Assembly (NCBI GenBank): GCA_051656605.1
Contig: JBOGCF010000043.1
Location: forward strand, 8,366 to 72,365
Direction of reading: 5' to 3'
DNA from: Tannerellaceae bacterium
GTDB lineage: Bacteria; Bacteroidota; Bacteroidia; Bacteroidales; CAMTPD01
DNA: 64,000 nucleotides
Shown here: piece after piece, positions 31,899-42,342 of the stretch
Layout: every line of letters starts with the position of its first letter
Position numbering within the stretch: position 1 is the stretch's first letter
Program-made: the position numbers and the translations under genes
The notes under the pieces: model-generated
Databases searched by the model: none
What the model was told of the DNA's origin: nothing
The model's input: the letters and a program-made list of their open reading frames with translations, nothing else

Positions 31899-33791
31899 TT
31901 AATACAGATTAGGGTTGGTGTTTGTGTTTAGATAATCGCGAGAGCCAACCGGGAAGCTTGCTATATTGTTTGCATAAAAGACATTTGCAATTCCGCTTGC
32001 CCATATTCCATAGGTCATGCTGCTGTTGTGACTATATCCGATGCAGTGCCCCAGTTCATGAAATATAACAGTTCCGGCATACGTGTTAACGTAATGGTTC
32101 ACAAATACGTGCTGTGCCACTCCCCATGTTCTTCCTCCGCCTAGTCCGTCTACGCCATTACCCGTATATACCAAGCCAATATTAAAACCACTGTGTTTGG
32201 TAATTGCCGGTATAATCGTGCTAACGTCTATTATATCACCTGGTCCTCCATTGCCATAGAGTTGTCCTTGGTACGACATTAACGTCTCCTCAAAATCAGG
32301 CAGTGTAAACATATAAGCGGCATTCAGCCATATTGCGATCGACTCTCTGATATGTACAGGGCGTATTCCCATCCAGTTGCCCACAGGAGCCCCATTCCAA
32401 GCATCCGGATCTCCGCCAAAGCTGTTGAATCGGATATACCATTTAGCATGAATCTGCTTTATTTTTTCCATGAACGGATCGTTGCATTCAAGCTCCAAAC
32501 CCGAAGTAACCAGTGCCCGCACCTCTGCCGGTGTCAACTGTATTCTAGAGTTAGACTCCATGGTAAATTCCTGTACAGGCATTTGATTCGAAAACGAAAA
32601 GCGTGCATCGCAGAAAGCCGGAATGCTGTCATAATAGGCTAGCAAAACACGCTCTCCATAGATTTTGTCAGACGACCACACCGAGACATTCTGAATAGGA
32701 ACCGGAGAATAAAAACGGCTCATCAATTCATTATTCTCAGTGATCGACAACTGAAGCGGTTGGTTGATATAAAACGAACGCTCTGCTTCGTTGTAGAAAA
32801 TAGATTTGGGTTCGTCGTCTTGTAAAATAAGTCCGGGATTCTCCTCGTCATAAAACGCTCTGCTGATATATAACATTCCGTTTTTCGAGTCGGGATGATT
32901 CGAAAGATCCAGATTTACCGCTACACGCATACCGGTATTGAGTGCCAGTTGTGTCGTTTCGGTCATGGTGTACGCGTCGTTTCGATGATTTACCGTTTCG
33001 ATGGTAAAGTCCATTGTTACAGGGTCGCTACCTGTTTGAGGCATAAAGAAGCAATTCGTGTGTGGGCCGATCGACTGCTCTCCTTTATAGGTTGCCTCTC
33101 CCTGCAACGTACCATCTACCGTAAACTCCGAATAGAACTTATATTTTTTATCGATCGAGAGGCGGATATCGCGCATCGAATTTTGCAGATAAGGAGAGGG
33201 CACTACTTTTTGCACATCCACAAAACTCAGCACAGGAGCCAGCTCTACCTCAAAAGTCTCTTCGGTCTCCTTGCTCACACGAAAAGCATAAGATGTGTGG
33301 TACAATGCACCGTCAAATAATAAAGGGATCTCATCATTTTCAAAGAAAAACCACTTGTCTTCTATAGAGGCGATTGCCGTGTTTATTCTAAGTCCCGACT
33401 GATGCAGCTGCTCATTATAGGCCAATACATACATCTGATAGTCGCCCATAGGTAGAGGTTCCATCACAATCTTGCCCGACTCTTTATGATAGTCTGATTG
33501 AATTTCGTGAATAAAAGTCCCGTCTTTTTTAGTGAGCAAATAAACGACGGAGAGGTTGTCCATGCCACCTTTTTGCGTCTCCTCAGGAGTCTGCTCCACA
33601 GAAGACAGTCGCAAAGACGACAGTTGTAAAGAAGAAGGCTGTAAAGGTGAAAGTTGTAAATTGAAGGATAGCGCACAACGCTGACTGAGCACATCCTCAA
33701 TCTCTGACGCACATCCGGTACACACTAGAAAAAGTACAAAGAGCAATAAATAGCGTTGCACAGATTGATAGTTCGATTTATTATACATCAT
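31899..33791 (-). CDS. lipoprotein with a C-terminal HExxH zinc-metallopeptidase-like domain (fimbrillin-like N-terminal half)
   Basis: Lipobox LVCTGC/ASE. A short repeat PSSLQLSSLRLSS follows. The motif FHELGHCIGYSHNSSMTYG lies near the C-terminus. Confidence 0.55.
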   Translation of the reverse strand: MMYNKSNYQSVQRYLLLFVLFLVCTGCASEIEDVLSQRCALSFNLQLSPLQPSSLQLSSLRLSSVEQTPEETQKGGMDNLSVVYLLTKKDGTFIHEIQSDYHKESGKIVMEPLPMGDYQMYVLAYNEQLHQSGLRINTAIASIEDKWFFFENDEIPLLFDGALYHTSYAFRVSKETEETFEVELAPVLSFVDVQKVVPSPYLQNSMRDIRLSIDKKYKFYSEFTVDGTLQGEATYKGEQSIGPHTNCFFMPQTGSDPVTMDFTIETVNHRNDAYTMTETTQLALNTGMRVAVNLDLSNHPDSKNGMLYISRAFYDEENPGLILQDDEPKSIFYNEAERSFYINQPLQLSITENNELMSRFYSPVPIQNVSVWSSDKIYGERVLLAYYDSIPAFCDARFSFSNQMPVQEFTMESNSRIQLTPAEVRALVTSGLELECNDPFMEKIKQIHAKWYIRFNSFGGDPDAWNGAPVGNWMGIRPVHIRESIAIWLNAAYMFTLPDFEETLMSYQGQLYGNGGPGDIIDVSTIIPAITKHSGFNIGLVYTGNGVDGLGGGRTWGVAQHVFVNHYVNTYAGTVIFHELGHCIGYSHNSSMTYGIWASGIANVFYANNIASFPVGSRDYLNTNTNPNLY

Positions 33792-33800
33792 TGCGCGTAA

Positions 33801-36032
33801 TTAATGGATCAAATAATTTACAGGAGATTTCACACAACGAATTGTGCGCGTATGCACTCCCGGTCCGCTCAGGTTGCCATAAGTACTTCTGTTGTTGTTG
33901 AAATCGATCACAAAATGAGTAGGTCCCGTCGTTACCACAGGAATAATGATTTGTCCCAGTGTGATTGTTTTATCAGCCGACTGATTTCCCAAACCTGTAA
34001 ACACCATCGTTTCGCCCCGATAATTTCGAATATCCGTTATGCAGAGAAACGAAACCTCCGGTACCACAACTCCATCAATGGTAAGATTATTGCGCGTAAA
34101 TCGGTGTATATCGTAGCGGTTGTTTCCCGCACTCGAGTTGTAAGGATTTGTAGATCCCGATGCCGGAAAATTCAGTTGTCCCCCCGTATACCAGATGTGA
34201 TTCCATGCATCTCTGTCGGGCATTTCAAAACCACTGGGGCAGTGCGCATCAGCCGCGCCATTGCTCACTTGTCCGTCCGGTATATCCGAATAGCCCTCGT
34301 AAAGAAGCACGGGAGTCGTTTCACCATCCGGAATACAGCTTTTCAGATACAGTCCGTTCGTGCTTTTTCCTTTATACGTAGCTCCGGCATAATATATAAA
34401 ATCTTCGTCCGAACATGTTTTCAGAAATTCGTAAAACGTATTGCGGTCCATATCACGATCAAAGCCAATCTGATCGGTATAACTTTTCGAATTCCCACGC
34501 ATGTTGTATTTGCTCCAGTATTTTCCACCCTGTGTAATTACAGGCAAAGCATATCGTTTTCGAGTAAAGGTGAATACCTCTTCCACACCATCGGTATAGG
34601 TAACGGTCACGATACTCTGCTGATTCTGTCCTGTTGCATCCCTATCGTTCGGTTTAAAACCACCCTCGAGTGTGTTCACTCCATTTTCGCTCACGACTCT
34701 CAGCCAGTCAAACTGCTCATCTCCCGAAAGCGTTTCAATACGAGCTATGTCTGATGTTTGATAACCATTCCACGCTTCAACCTCGCCAATGTAACCATCT
34801 TTATAATCGTTCCACGAAGCAGAAGCTTTCGATAGGATAGCACTCAGGTTTTTAAACCAGGTGCGATATCCCTGCTTTACAATCACAATTTGTTTGTCGT
34901 AATATTGAGATTCCGATTTTGATTTAATCATCATCGGGATCATGGTCTTTATTTGATTGATCTTGCTACTTTCTACCGTAAGCGTAAATTGATTCCCGAT
35001 ATAGCTGTTTTTCGAGTTGGGCACTACGGCTACTCCGATTTGCGAACTTTCCACTTTCGCTTCCGTTTCTACCGGGGCATTTAGTCCTAAAACAAAAACA
35101 CCGGAATAATCCGGTGCTATAAATAGAGTATCCAACGTTTGAGAGGCAACCACCCCTTCAGGTAATTGCGAAGTTGAAAGATCTATTTTCGGGACAAATC
35201 CGCCCGGCTGCGTGTCAACACTTCCGCCGTCGCCCCAGTCTAAGATCGAAAGCGAGGTGTAAATAACCGCACCGTTGCTCTTTATCTTAATTTCGTATTT
35301 CTTGTTTCGCTCAATTACGGATGGCAATGTAGCTTTCAGTTTGTTTTTGATTCCGTTGATGCGAACGTAAAACGTAACCTCAGGAGCCGTGTCTGAGCTT
35401 TCAAAAATATAGGCAAAGCCTTCAATACCATTGTTGAGATTGGTAAAAGCATCCGCTCCGAGCTTTTGTTTCTTCAACTCTCCGCCTGTGAGAGGAGTCG
35501 TATTCCCCGGAAAAACATAACTTCTGTCGATCAGGTTTGCAATTTCGCACGAGTCGATCACAACCTCAAGCTGCGTATCTTTGATTACATCCACACGCGC
35601 TACAGAACGGGTGAGCTCGATATCCATCAGATTGTCATTCAAGTCACCGGCTTCTTGCTCTGCCGTGTAGTGTATTCCCGGAAACGAGGTCGCGAAATCG
35701 ACCGGTTGTGTAGTCAGCCCTTTGCATTGGGTCAAAGTCGGATTGGAGGCCGTGAAATCCAAACCGTGATTTCCTGCGATAAACACGATTTTATCAACAA
35801 CCTTTCCACCTGTTCCGATCGTATATACCCCTTCGGCCGAATTTAAATTAGTCTCTTTGTATTGAAGAGCATCTTGATTGTACAAAAGAGCATTGACGTG
35901 GTTTAATACACCTGTAGCAGAAGTCTCATAGCGAAACTTCACTGCAAATTGATTTTCCCCAAGGATTTCTAAATCCTGATTCTGGCACGATAAGCAGAGC
36001 GTAGTAAAAAGCAAAAAGATAAATTTTTTCAT
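33801..36032 (-). CDS. lipoprotein with an Mfa/FimB-like fimbrillin N-terminal region and a FISUMP-like C-terminal domain
   Basis: Lipobox TLCLSC/QNQ. The N-terminal ~270 aa carry the ...LTRSVARVDV... pattern of Bacteroidales fimbrillin-like proteins. The C-terminal GGKYWSKYNMRG...CPSGFEMPDRDAWNHIW resembles the FISUMP CPxGWRxPxxxEW motif. Confidence 0.45.
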   Translation of the reverse strand: MKKFIFLLFTTLCLSCQNQDLEILGENQFAVKFRYETSATGVLNHVNALLYNQDALQYKETNLNSAEGVYTIGTGGKVVDKIVFIAGNHGLDFTASNPTLTQCKGLTTQPVDFATSFPGIHYTAEQEAGDLNDNLMDIELTRSVARVDVIKDTQLEVVIDSCEIANLIDRSYVFPGNTTPLTGGELKKQKLGADAFTNLNNGIEGFAYIFESSDTAPEVTFYVRINGIKNKLKATLPSVIERNKKYEIKIKSNGAVIYTSLSILDWGDGGSVDTQPGGFVPKIDLSTSQLPEGVVASQTLDTLFIAPDYSGVFVLGLNAPVETEAKVESSQIGVAVVPNSKNSYIGNQFTLTVESSKINQIKTMIPMMIKSKSESQYYDKQIVIVKQGYRTWFKNLSAILSKASASWNDYKDGYIGEVEAWNGYQTSDIARIETLSGDEQFDWLRVVSENGVNTLEGGFKPNDRDATGQNQQSIVTVTYTDGVEEVFTFTRKRYALPVITQGGKYWSKYNMRGNSKSYTDQIGFDRDMDRNTFYEFLKTCSDEDFIYYAGATYKGKSTNGLYLKSCIPDGETTPVLLYEGYSDIPDGQVSNGAADAHCPSGFEMPDRDAWNHIWYTGGQLNFPASGSTNPYNSSAGNNRYDIHRFTRNNLTIDGVVVPEVSFLCITDIRNYRGETMVFTGLGNQSADKTITLGQIIIPVVTTGPTHFVIDFNNNRSTYGNLSGPGVHTRTIRCVKSPVNYLIH

Positions 36033-36265
36033 TGTAAAGCTGGTTAATTAAAGGTTTCTATCTTCAAATTTAGAAGCAGAGTATATGACATCACAAATTG
36101 AAGTTTTTTATTTGATCGCAAAAATATATTAAAAAAGTTGTATTAAAAAGCGTACACAGGTGCTTTTGTGCTTTATGGTTGTGTTATTTTATTAAAATAT
36201 AGCTATATTATATGTTACAGTGAGTAATAAGTAATATTACTCCATCCATTTAATTTATCTAAATC

Positions 36266-36727
36266 ATGAAGGCTATTGGCTTAAAGAGTGTGGCGTCGTT
36301 GATGACGTCGTTGTGTAAACGCAGTGATTTGCGTGCAAAGTTGCTAACAAAAGGTTCTCGAACTGTGTTGAAGGAAGCTGTTTACAAAAAGTCAAAACCA
36401 TTGTCGAAGGAGGCAATTCTGGGTTTGATCGAGATTTGCAAACTTGCTTCTGAAGAGGTTGACTTGTATAATTTGCATGCGTTGCCGGAGGAGCAAGTCG
36501 ATAAGGCTGTCCTGAAGGGTACGGATCGTGAGGTTGTCGAGTTTCCTGAGATGTTGAATGGCTACGGGCTGAGTAGTCTTATAAAGGAGGCCATTGAGAA
36601 GAAGTATGTAGTGAATGATAAGAAGCTATGGAGTAACTTTTTGTATCAATGGTCGAGCAAAAGTAAAAAAAAATCAAATGGGCTTCGTGGGTTAAGTATC
36701 TCAAACCCAAGGAATAGATGTTTTTAG
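36266..36727 (+). CDS. hypothetical protein
   Basis: 153-aa ORF with a lysine-rich tail. No family recognised. Confidence 0.4.
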   Translation: MKAIGLKSVASLMTSLCKRSDLRAKLLTKGSRTVLKEAVYKKSKPLSKEAILGLIEICKLASEEVDLYNLHALPEEQVDKAVLKGTDREVVEFPEMLNGYGLSSLIKEAIEKKYVVNDKKLWSNFLYQWSSKSKKKSNGLRGLSISNPRNRCF

Positions 36728-37004
36728 TTTAAATTTTATTATTTTGTCTATTTTCTGATTTTTACAAAGAGCCTTTTTACTTCCTCTTAGGAGGAAAAAT
36801 GGTTGATATATCTAGCTTTTGAAGTGTGGTCTATCTTCCGGGGCTCTTTGTTTTGTTCTTTTTTTGTGATGGTGGTGTGATGTTTAATAGTCAGTACTAT
36901 AGTTGTTTATGTGTTTTTGAGGAGTGGTAAAATTCAGAAAACTATTCGGATTAAATGATTTTACTTTGTTGTGTTACAAAAACGTAATAACATATAATAA
37001 TATC

Positions 37005-39422
37005 ATGAGAAACACATTGTTTTCATTATTCCGATCAGTGCTCAATGTACACGGTGAGAAAATCAGACTAGAAGAGTTTGTTATGTTGCTAAAAAGTCCT
37101 GCACACGCAAAGGCGATCAATCACATGCAGGCAGAGTTGCAAAAGGGAAACAAGGCCGAGTTTGACCGATTGAAAAAGATGCTACCCGGAGTTACCCCCG
37201 GTGGCGTGTTTGAGGGAGGCCGTCAGAAGAAGCACCTCAAGCAGTTGAGCAGTTTGAAAGTATTCGATTTTGATCACATCAGCAGCGACAAGTTTGATGC
37301 TGTTTTTGAAAAAGCCAAGCAAGTGCCGGGAGTAGTCTTGGTAGCTGTCAGTCCGAGCGGTGAAGGGATCAAGATCTTTATGCGGGTAAATGCAACCCTT
37401 GAGATGCACGACGAGATGTTTGGCTACTTGGCTACAGAGTTGGAAAAGACACTCGGTATCGAGGTAGATAAAAGCGGAAAAGACATCAACCGCCTTTGCT
37501 ATCTACCTTCGCCCGATGGCTTGTATTATAATCCGGATGCAGTAGTAATAGCGAAGAAGCCATGCAACCCGGAGGTAAAAGTAGCAGAAGGAGCAAAAAA
37601 TACAGAAGCTGCCAATGCGACTGAAGTTGTAAAAACGGCCGTAAGTACGACCACAGGCATCCCTTCGCATTTGTTCAAGAATGAGACCGATGCCTATGCC
37701 GAAATTGTCAATAGTCATGTCAGGAAGCAATGGGTCAATTGTGAGGCACTCAGTATACACATGGAGGCAAAAAGCTGCTTCAAGGATGGAGCTCGTAATG
37801 AGTTTATATTTAAGTATGCCTGTAAAGCCTGTCAGTGTGGTATTCCACGTCCCATTTCCCAAGCCTGGGCCGAAAGTCGCTATACAACCGCAGACTTCAA
37901 GGTGGGAGAAATCATCGCCGCCTTTGGTAGTGGCTACACCGGCAATGAAACACTCTATGGAAAAGATGCCGATAAGCTGCAAGCTCTGGTGGAGAAAAAC
38001 GTACCGGCTTTGGCAGAAGATGACGAAATAACGGGTGAAGAGTTGTACGAAAAAACCAGCCTGATTCCGGATTCGGTATACAGTAGTCTGCCGCAGGTAA
38101 TATCAGATGCACTTGCCGGTGGTCGCAACAGCAGAGAGAAAGACCTCATGTTGTTATCTGCACTCACCGCCCTAAGCGGTTGCCTGCCCAATGTTTCGGG
38201 GATCTATGAGAACAAAAGACATTCACCTCACATCTATTATTTTGTAGTGGCCAAGCCCGGAAGCGGAAAAGGAAAGGCAACACTTCCTTTTCGGTTGGTC
38301 GATTCATGGACGCAGTTTTTGTTTACCGAATCGAAGCGGGAGGTAGATACGTATACAGATGAGCTGCGCAAATACAACGATTATCTCGATGAAGTCAAAG
38401 AACTGAAAAGGCAAAGAGCAAGGGGTAAGAAAGTAACTTTTCCACCATTTCAGGAACCACCGGCAAAAGTATTTCCGATCGTTCTACATGAGTCGGCCAA
38501 TATCAGTCAGATCAAACTTGCTGCCCGACTGGAGCACAACAAAGAGTACGGATTGATTGTTTTGGAATCAGAGGCCGACAACATTACTAAAACACAAAAG
38601 AACGATTGGGCTCAGCTCAACGAAATCTTCCGTAAAGCTTATCACCACGAAGATGTGGGTGTTTCGCGCAAAGAAGAAGATAATAGCTATCATATCAAAG
38701 TACCTAAATTATCGATCTTTCTCTCGGGCACGCCCAATCAGTTTGTATCGTTTCTCGACAGTCCCGAAAACGGACTCTTCAGCCGCTTTGGTCTTTATGT
38801 TTATGGTGGGGCGATGGAGTGGAACAGTCCGGCTCCTCACAATAATCTCCAAAATCCAGAGCAACACTACATGGGGCTTTCTCAGCAAGTAATGGAGTAT
38901 GCTTTGTTTCTGCGTGCCAATCCGTCGAAGTTTAATTTAACCTATCCGCAGTGGGATCGATTTAATGCCGTGTTTAGCGCGCAATTTAAACGCACGCAAG
39001 AGACCGGTTATCGCTTCGAAGAAGGAGTTGTGGCACGTCATGGTGTGATGGTGTTTCGGGTAGCAATGATTCTTTCAGCTATTCGAAAAGCCGAAAGAGG
39101 GCAAACGAGTGAATATCTCATGTGTACCGATGAAGACTTTGAAACAGCCATGTCGATTGTTACTACTTGTTTTGAACATAGCAGATTGATGCTGTCAGGA
39201 TACAAAGTTACCGATAAACATACAGAGGATTTGAAGCGAGCTTTGTATGACGATGAATTACTGGATCGGATGGCTCCCGAGTTTGTAACACAAGATTTCT
39301 ACAGATTGGGAAATAGCTATAAACTAACAGATTCTAAGTTGAAGCGTTATTTGAAAGGACTCATCAAACGCAATAAAATTGTGAGGATAAAAAAAGGGAC
39401 GTATGCTAAGTTGCAGAACTAG
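37005..39422 (+). CDS. primase/helicase-like protein (VirE/BT4734-like N-terminal domain plus DUF3987 P-loop domain)
   Basis: N-terminal LPGVTPGGVFEGGRQKKHLKQLSSLKVFDFDHI... (VirE_N-like). Walker A AKPGSGKGKAT (~38250-38285) and Walker B-like LIVLESEAD. The track ORF begins at a GTG (36924), so ATG 37005 is preferred. Confidence 0.75.
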   Translation: MRNTLFSLFRSVLNVHGEKIRLEEFVMLLKSPAHAKAINHMQAELQKGNKAEFDRLKKMLPGVTPGGVFEGGRQKKHLKQLSSLKVFDFDHISSDKFDAVFEKAKQVPGVVLVAVSPSGEGIKIFMRVNATLEMHDEMFGYLATELEKTLGIEVDKSGKDINRLCYLPSPDGLYYNPDAVVIAKKPCNPEVKVAEGAKNTEAANATEVVKTAVSTTTGIPSHLFKNETDAYAEIVNSHVRKQWVNCEALSIHMEAKSCFKDGARNEFIFKYACKACQCGIPRPISQAWAESRYTTADFKVGEIIAAFGSGYTGNETLYGKDADKLQALVEKNVPALAEDDEITGEELYEKTSLIPDSVYSSLPQVISDALAGGRNSREKDLMLLSALTALSGCLPNVSGIYENKRHSPHIYYFVVAKPGSGKGKATLPFRLVDSWTQFLFTESKREVDTYTDELRKYNDYLDEVKELKRQRARGKKVTFPPFQEPPAKVFPIVLHESANISQIKLAARLEHNKEYGLIVLESEADNITKTQKNDWAQLNEIFRKAYHHEDVGVSRKEEDNSYHIKVPKLSIFLSGTPNQFVSFLDSPENGLFSRFGLYVYGGAMEWNSPAPHNNLQNPEQHYMGLSQQVMEYALFLRANPSKFNLTYPQWDRFNAVFSAQFKRTQETGYRFEEGVVARHGVMVFRVAMILSAIRKAERGQTSEYLMCTDEDFETAMSIVTTCFEHSRLMLSGYKVTDKHTEDLKRALYDDELLDRMAPEFVTQDFYRLGNSYKLTDSKLKRYLKGLIKRNKIVRIKKGTYAKLQN

Positions 39423-39487
39423 ATGATACTGAACTAGATCATACAGAAGTAGATCATACAGATATAGTAGAAGCCGAACTAGATAGA

Positions 39488-39522
39488 AGCCGGGCAGTCA
39501 CCTTGTAGTTGATTGTCCGGCT
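39488..39522 (+). terminator. rho-independent terminator of the primase/helicase-like gene
   Basis: 13-bp stem AGCCGGGCAGTCA / TGATTGTCCGGCT (two G-U pairs) followed by TTTTT. Confidence 0.55.
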
Positions 39523-39704
39523 TTTTGTATGTGCATTCAAGTATATTAGCCTGTTTGAGTTTCTGTTTTTACACATTCTTATTTTAGTTAATATCCTTGA
39601 GTTGTCTGTTTTGTGATAAGAAAAACTGCTTTGTTGGTGTAATGTGTTGATATAGTTATTGTTACGGTTGTTTTGAGGGGCGCGGATAACTTTTGGGAGA
39701 GGAG

Positions 39705-39895
39705 TACGGGTCACGATGGGGTCACAACGGGTCACTTTTGCCGGGGTAAGAAAAAAAATCACTAAATGCAATTTAGAACTTACTTATATTATATTATCTA
39801 TTTTCTTATGTAGCGTCTATTTTAATGTGTACATTTTTTTCGCACCTAGGAAAATGACCCGTATTTGACCCGTAGTCCGTTTTTTTTGACCCGTA
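39705..39895. repeat. inverted arrays of phased TACGGGTCA iterons flanking an AT-rich core (candidate origin or operator)
   Basis: GGGTCAC occurs at 39708, 39719 and 39729 (plus). TGACCCGTA occurs at 39855, 39866 and 39887, with a degenerate copy at ~39876. Spacing is 10-11 nt. The outermost units GAGTACGGGTCA (39703-39714) and TGACCCGTACTC (39887-39898) form a perfect 12-nt inverted repeat. Confidence 0.6.
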
Positions 39896-40014
39896 CTCAC
39901 CGATTCGCCACTTTTTGAAGTCTAATTTGCATTTTTTAGAGTCGGATTATTTCTGCTCCCAAGTGTAATCTAAAAGCGTTAATATATCACACTACAGCCA
40001 GTTTGAAGATGCCG

Positions 40015-40245
40015 TCACGGAGCACCGAGGTGATTTACGAAGCATTCTACCACTTTGGGAGGGAGTATCTTCATGTAGGGGCGCCATCCTGCGGCAAGGA
40101 GCGCGTCTCGGAGTCCGGGCGTGCTGTGTATCCAGCGTCCCAGTGCTTTGGTAGCCATCAAAGGCGTACTGCCGATAAAATAAAGTTGAGCCAGCTCGGT
40201 AAATGCATACGCCCTGATGCGAAAAGGAAGTTCGTCGTTATTCAT
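40015..40245 (-). CDS. DUF4248-family protein
   Basis: 76 aa. ...RAYAFTELAQLYF...ATKALGRWIHSTPGLRDALLAAGWRPYMKILPPKVVECFVNHLGAP matches the family pattern of this small Bacteroidales protein. Confidence 0.75.
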   Translation of the reverse strand: MNNDELPFRIRAYAFTELAQLYFIGSTPLMATKALGRWIHSTPGLRDALLAAGWRPYMKILPPKVVECFVNHLGAP

Positions 40246-40514
40246 GTGATTAGATTTTTAATTCTCTTCAATGTACGAAATAATGCTTTAATAATCAATA
40301 GTATGCGCTGTTTTGTTGTGGAAAAACTATGCATGGTTTTTCTAAAAACCTAGAGAGGTTTCTCCAAAAAGTAAGAGAGCTTTTTGCAAGAACCTTGCAT
40401 GCTTTTTGCAGAGCAGATTGATATAACGGCGGAGATGCCAACAATGCGGATAAGCACTTGTTATATAAATAGATGCATTGTCATATTCTGAGTATAAATT
40501 AAAAATCGATCAGT

Positions 40515-42134
40515 ATGAGCATGTTTTGTTTTCAATGTCAGGAAGCAGCCGGAGGTAAGGGTTGCACCGTAAAGGGAGTTTGTGGGAAAGAAGACCACAC
40601 CTCTTCGTTGATGGATTCGTTGATGTATGTTGTAGGCGGTATTGCCATCGTAAATCGCGAATTGCGAAAAAAGGAGATTGCCAACAAAGAGGCGAGCAGG
40701 TTTATTCTCGATGCCCTGTTTTGCACCATTACCAATGCCAATTTTGACGACACTGCCATCGAGGCTCGCATCAAGAAGGGGATCGAAATCCGCAATATCC
40801 TGATGGGAGAGGCCAAGAAGCGGGAGATTGCGTTGCCGAAAATGGATCTTACCATCGGACATGAAAATCCCGAAGTGGGCGTATTGGCCGAAACGAACGA
40901 AGACCTGCGCTCGCTCAAGCAGTTGGCCGTGTACGGTGTAAAAGGAGCTGCGGCATATACCGATCATGCCTTGAACCTGGGATTTGAAGACGACTCCCTC
41001 TACGAGCGCATTGAGCATACCTTGGCCGAAGTGACACGCCACGACATCGAGGCGGCAGAACTGGTCAACTTGGTGCTCGGAGTGGGCGAGTTGGGCGTAA
41101 AGGCGATGGCGCTGCTCGACAAAGCCAATACCACGGCGTATGGCAATCCTGAAATTACGAAGGTGAATATCGGCGTGCGCAACAATCCGGCTATTTTGAT
41201 TTCGGGACACGACTTGCGCGACATGCAAGATCTGCTCGAGCAAACCGAAGGTACTGGGGTGGATGTGTATACACACAGCGAGATGCTGCCGGCCCATTAC
41301 TATCCGGCATTCAAGAAGTACAGCCATTTTGTGGGCAACTACGGTGGCTCGTGGTGGCGCCAGCGCGAGGAGTTTGAGTCGTTCAACGGACCTATTCTTT
41401 TCACCACCAATTGCATCGTGCCTCCTTTGTCTAAAGCTACGTATGCCGATCGGGTTTATACTACGGGTTCGTCGGGTTATCCCGGATTTCCACACATTGC
41501 CAATCGGGAAGCGGGCAAGGCGAAAGATTTCGGCGTGATCATCGAACATGCCAAACGTTGCGCTCCTCCCAAGGAGATCGAAACCGGAGAGATTGTGGGC
41601 GGATTTGCTCATGCACAAGTTGTAGCATTGGCCGATAAGGTGGTGAGTGCGGTGAAGTCGGGTGCCATTCGCAAGTTTGTCGTGATGGGCGGTTGCGACG
41701 GACGTATGAAGAGCCGCGAATATTATACCGAATTTGCAAAAGCGCTTCCACACGATACGGTGATCCTTACTGCCGGATGTGCCAAGTATCGGTACAATAA
41801 ATTGCCGCTGGGCGATATCGGAGGCATTCCGCGCGTGCTAGATGCCGGACAGTGCAACGACAGTTATTCGTTGGCCATGATTGCATTGAAGCTCAAGGAG
41901 GTGTTCGAACTGGAGGATATCAACGATTTGCCAATCGTGTACAACATTGCCTGGTACGAACAAAAGGCGGTGATCGTATTGCTGGCTTTGCTGGCACTGG
42001 GAGTGAAGAAGATTCACCTCGGACCTACGCTTCCGGCATTCCTATCGCCCAATGTGGTGAAGGTGCTTGTAGAGAAGTTTGGCATTGCCGGAACCTCCAC
42101 CGTAGATGAAGATTTAGCGAAGTTTATGTCATAA
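40515..42134 (+). CDS. hcp: hybrid-cluster protein / hydroxylamine reductase
   Basis: N-terminal [23 protein letters not shown] cysteine cluster, 539 aa, and ...GHDLRDM..., VVMGGCDG and GQCNDSYS motifs. Confidence 0.95.
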   Translation: MSMFCFQCQEAAGGKGCTVKGVCGKEDHTSSLMDSLMYVVGGIAIVNRELRKKEIANKEASRFILDALFCTITNANFDDTAIEARIKKGIEIRNILMGEAKKREIALPKMDLTIGHENPEVGVLAETNEDLRSLKQLAVYGVKGAAAYTDHALNLGFEDDSLYERIEHTLAEVTRHDIEAAELVNLVLGVGELGVKAMALLDKANTTAYGNPEITKVNIGVRNNPAILISGHDLRDMQDLLEQTEGTGVDVYTHSEMLPAHYYPAFKKYSHFVGNYGGSWWRQREEFESFNGPILFTTNCIVPPLSKATYADRVYTTGSSGYPGFPHIANREAGKAKDFGVIIEHAKRCAPPKEIETGEIVGGFAHAQVVALADKVVSAVKSGAIRKFVVMGGCDGRMKSREYYTEFAKALPHDTVILTAGCAKYRYNKLPLGDIGGIPRVLDAGQCNDSYSLAMIALKLKEVFELEDINDLPIVYNIAWYEQKAVIVLLALLALGVKKIHLGPTLPAFLSPNVVKVLVEKFGIAGTSTVDEDLAKFMS

Positions 42135-42154
42135 TATCTTCTTTCACAGTATAT

Positions 42155-42190
42155 AATCAGCCTTGGTTTATTCGTAAGCCAAGGCTGATT
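42155..42190 (+). terminator. rho-independent terminator of hcp
   Basis: 12-bp perfect stem AATCAGCCTTGG / CCAAGGCTGATT followed by a T-run. Confidence 0.75.
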
Positions 42191-42342
42191 TTTATGTTAT
42201 TGCGGGTGTAGTTCTCTTTAGTGTTATAAATAGGTGCAAACATTCCAATAGCTCCGAATCGCATGATAGAGCAGTAGTATATTCGTAGTGTAATCAAGCG
42301 GATTACATAACTCAATACACTCAATCATTTAATTCATTTTGT

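Noticed and set aside
33804-34754. 316-aa ORF antisense to the 743-aa lipoprotein gene. The 246-aa ORF at 17422-18162 antisense to the fucosidase gene is similar.
   Set aside because: These are shadow ORFs within well-supported genes, and their products are R/S/I-rich nonsense-like sequence.
40461-41753. 430-aa ORF antisense to hcp.
   Set aside because: hcp is unambiguous on the plus strand. The antisense frame is open because of the GC-rich codon bias, and its product has no recognisable features.
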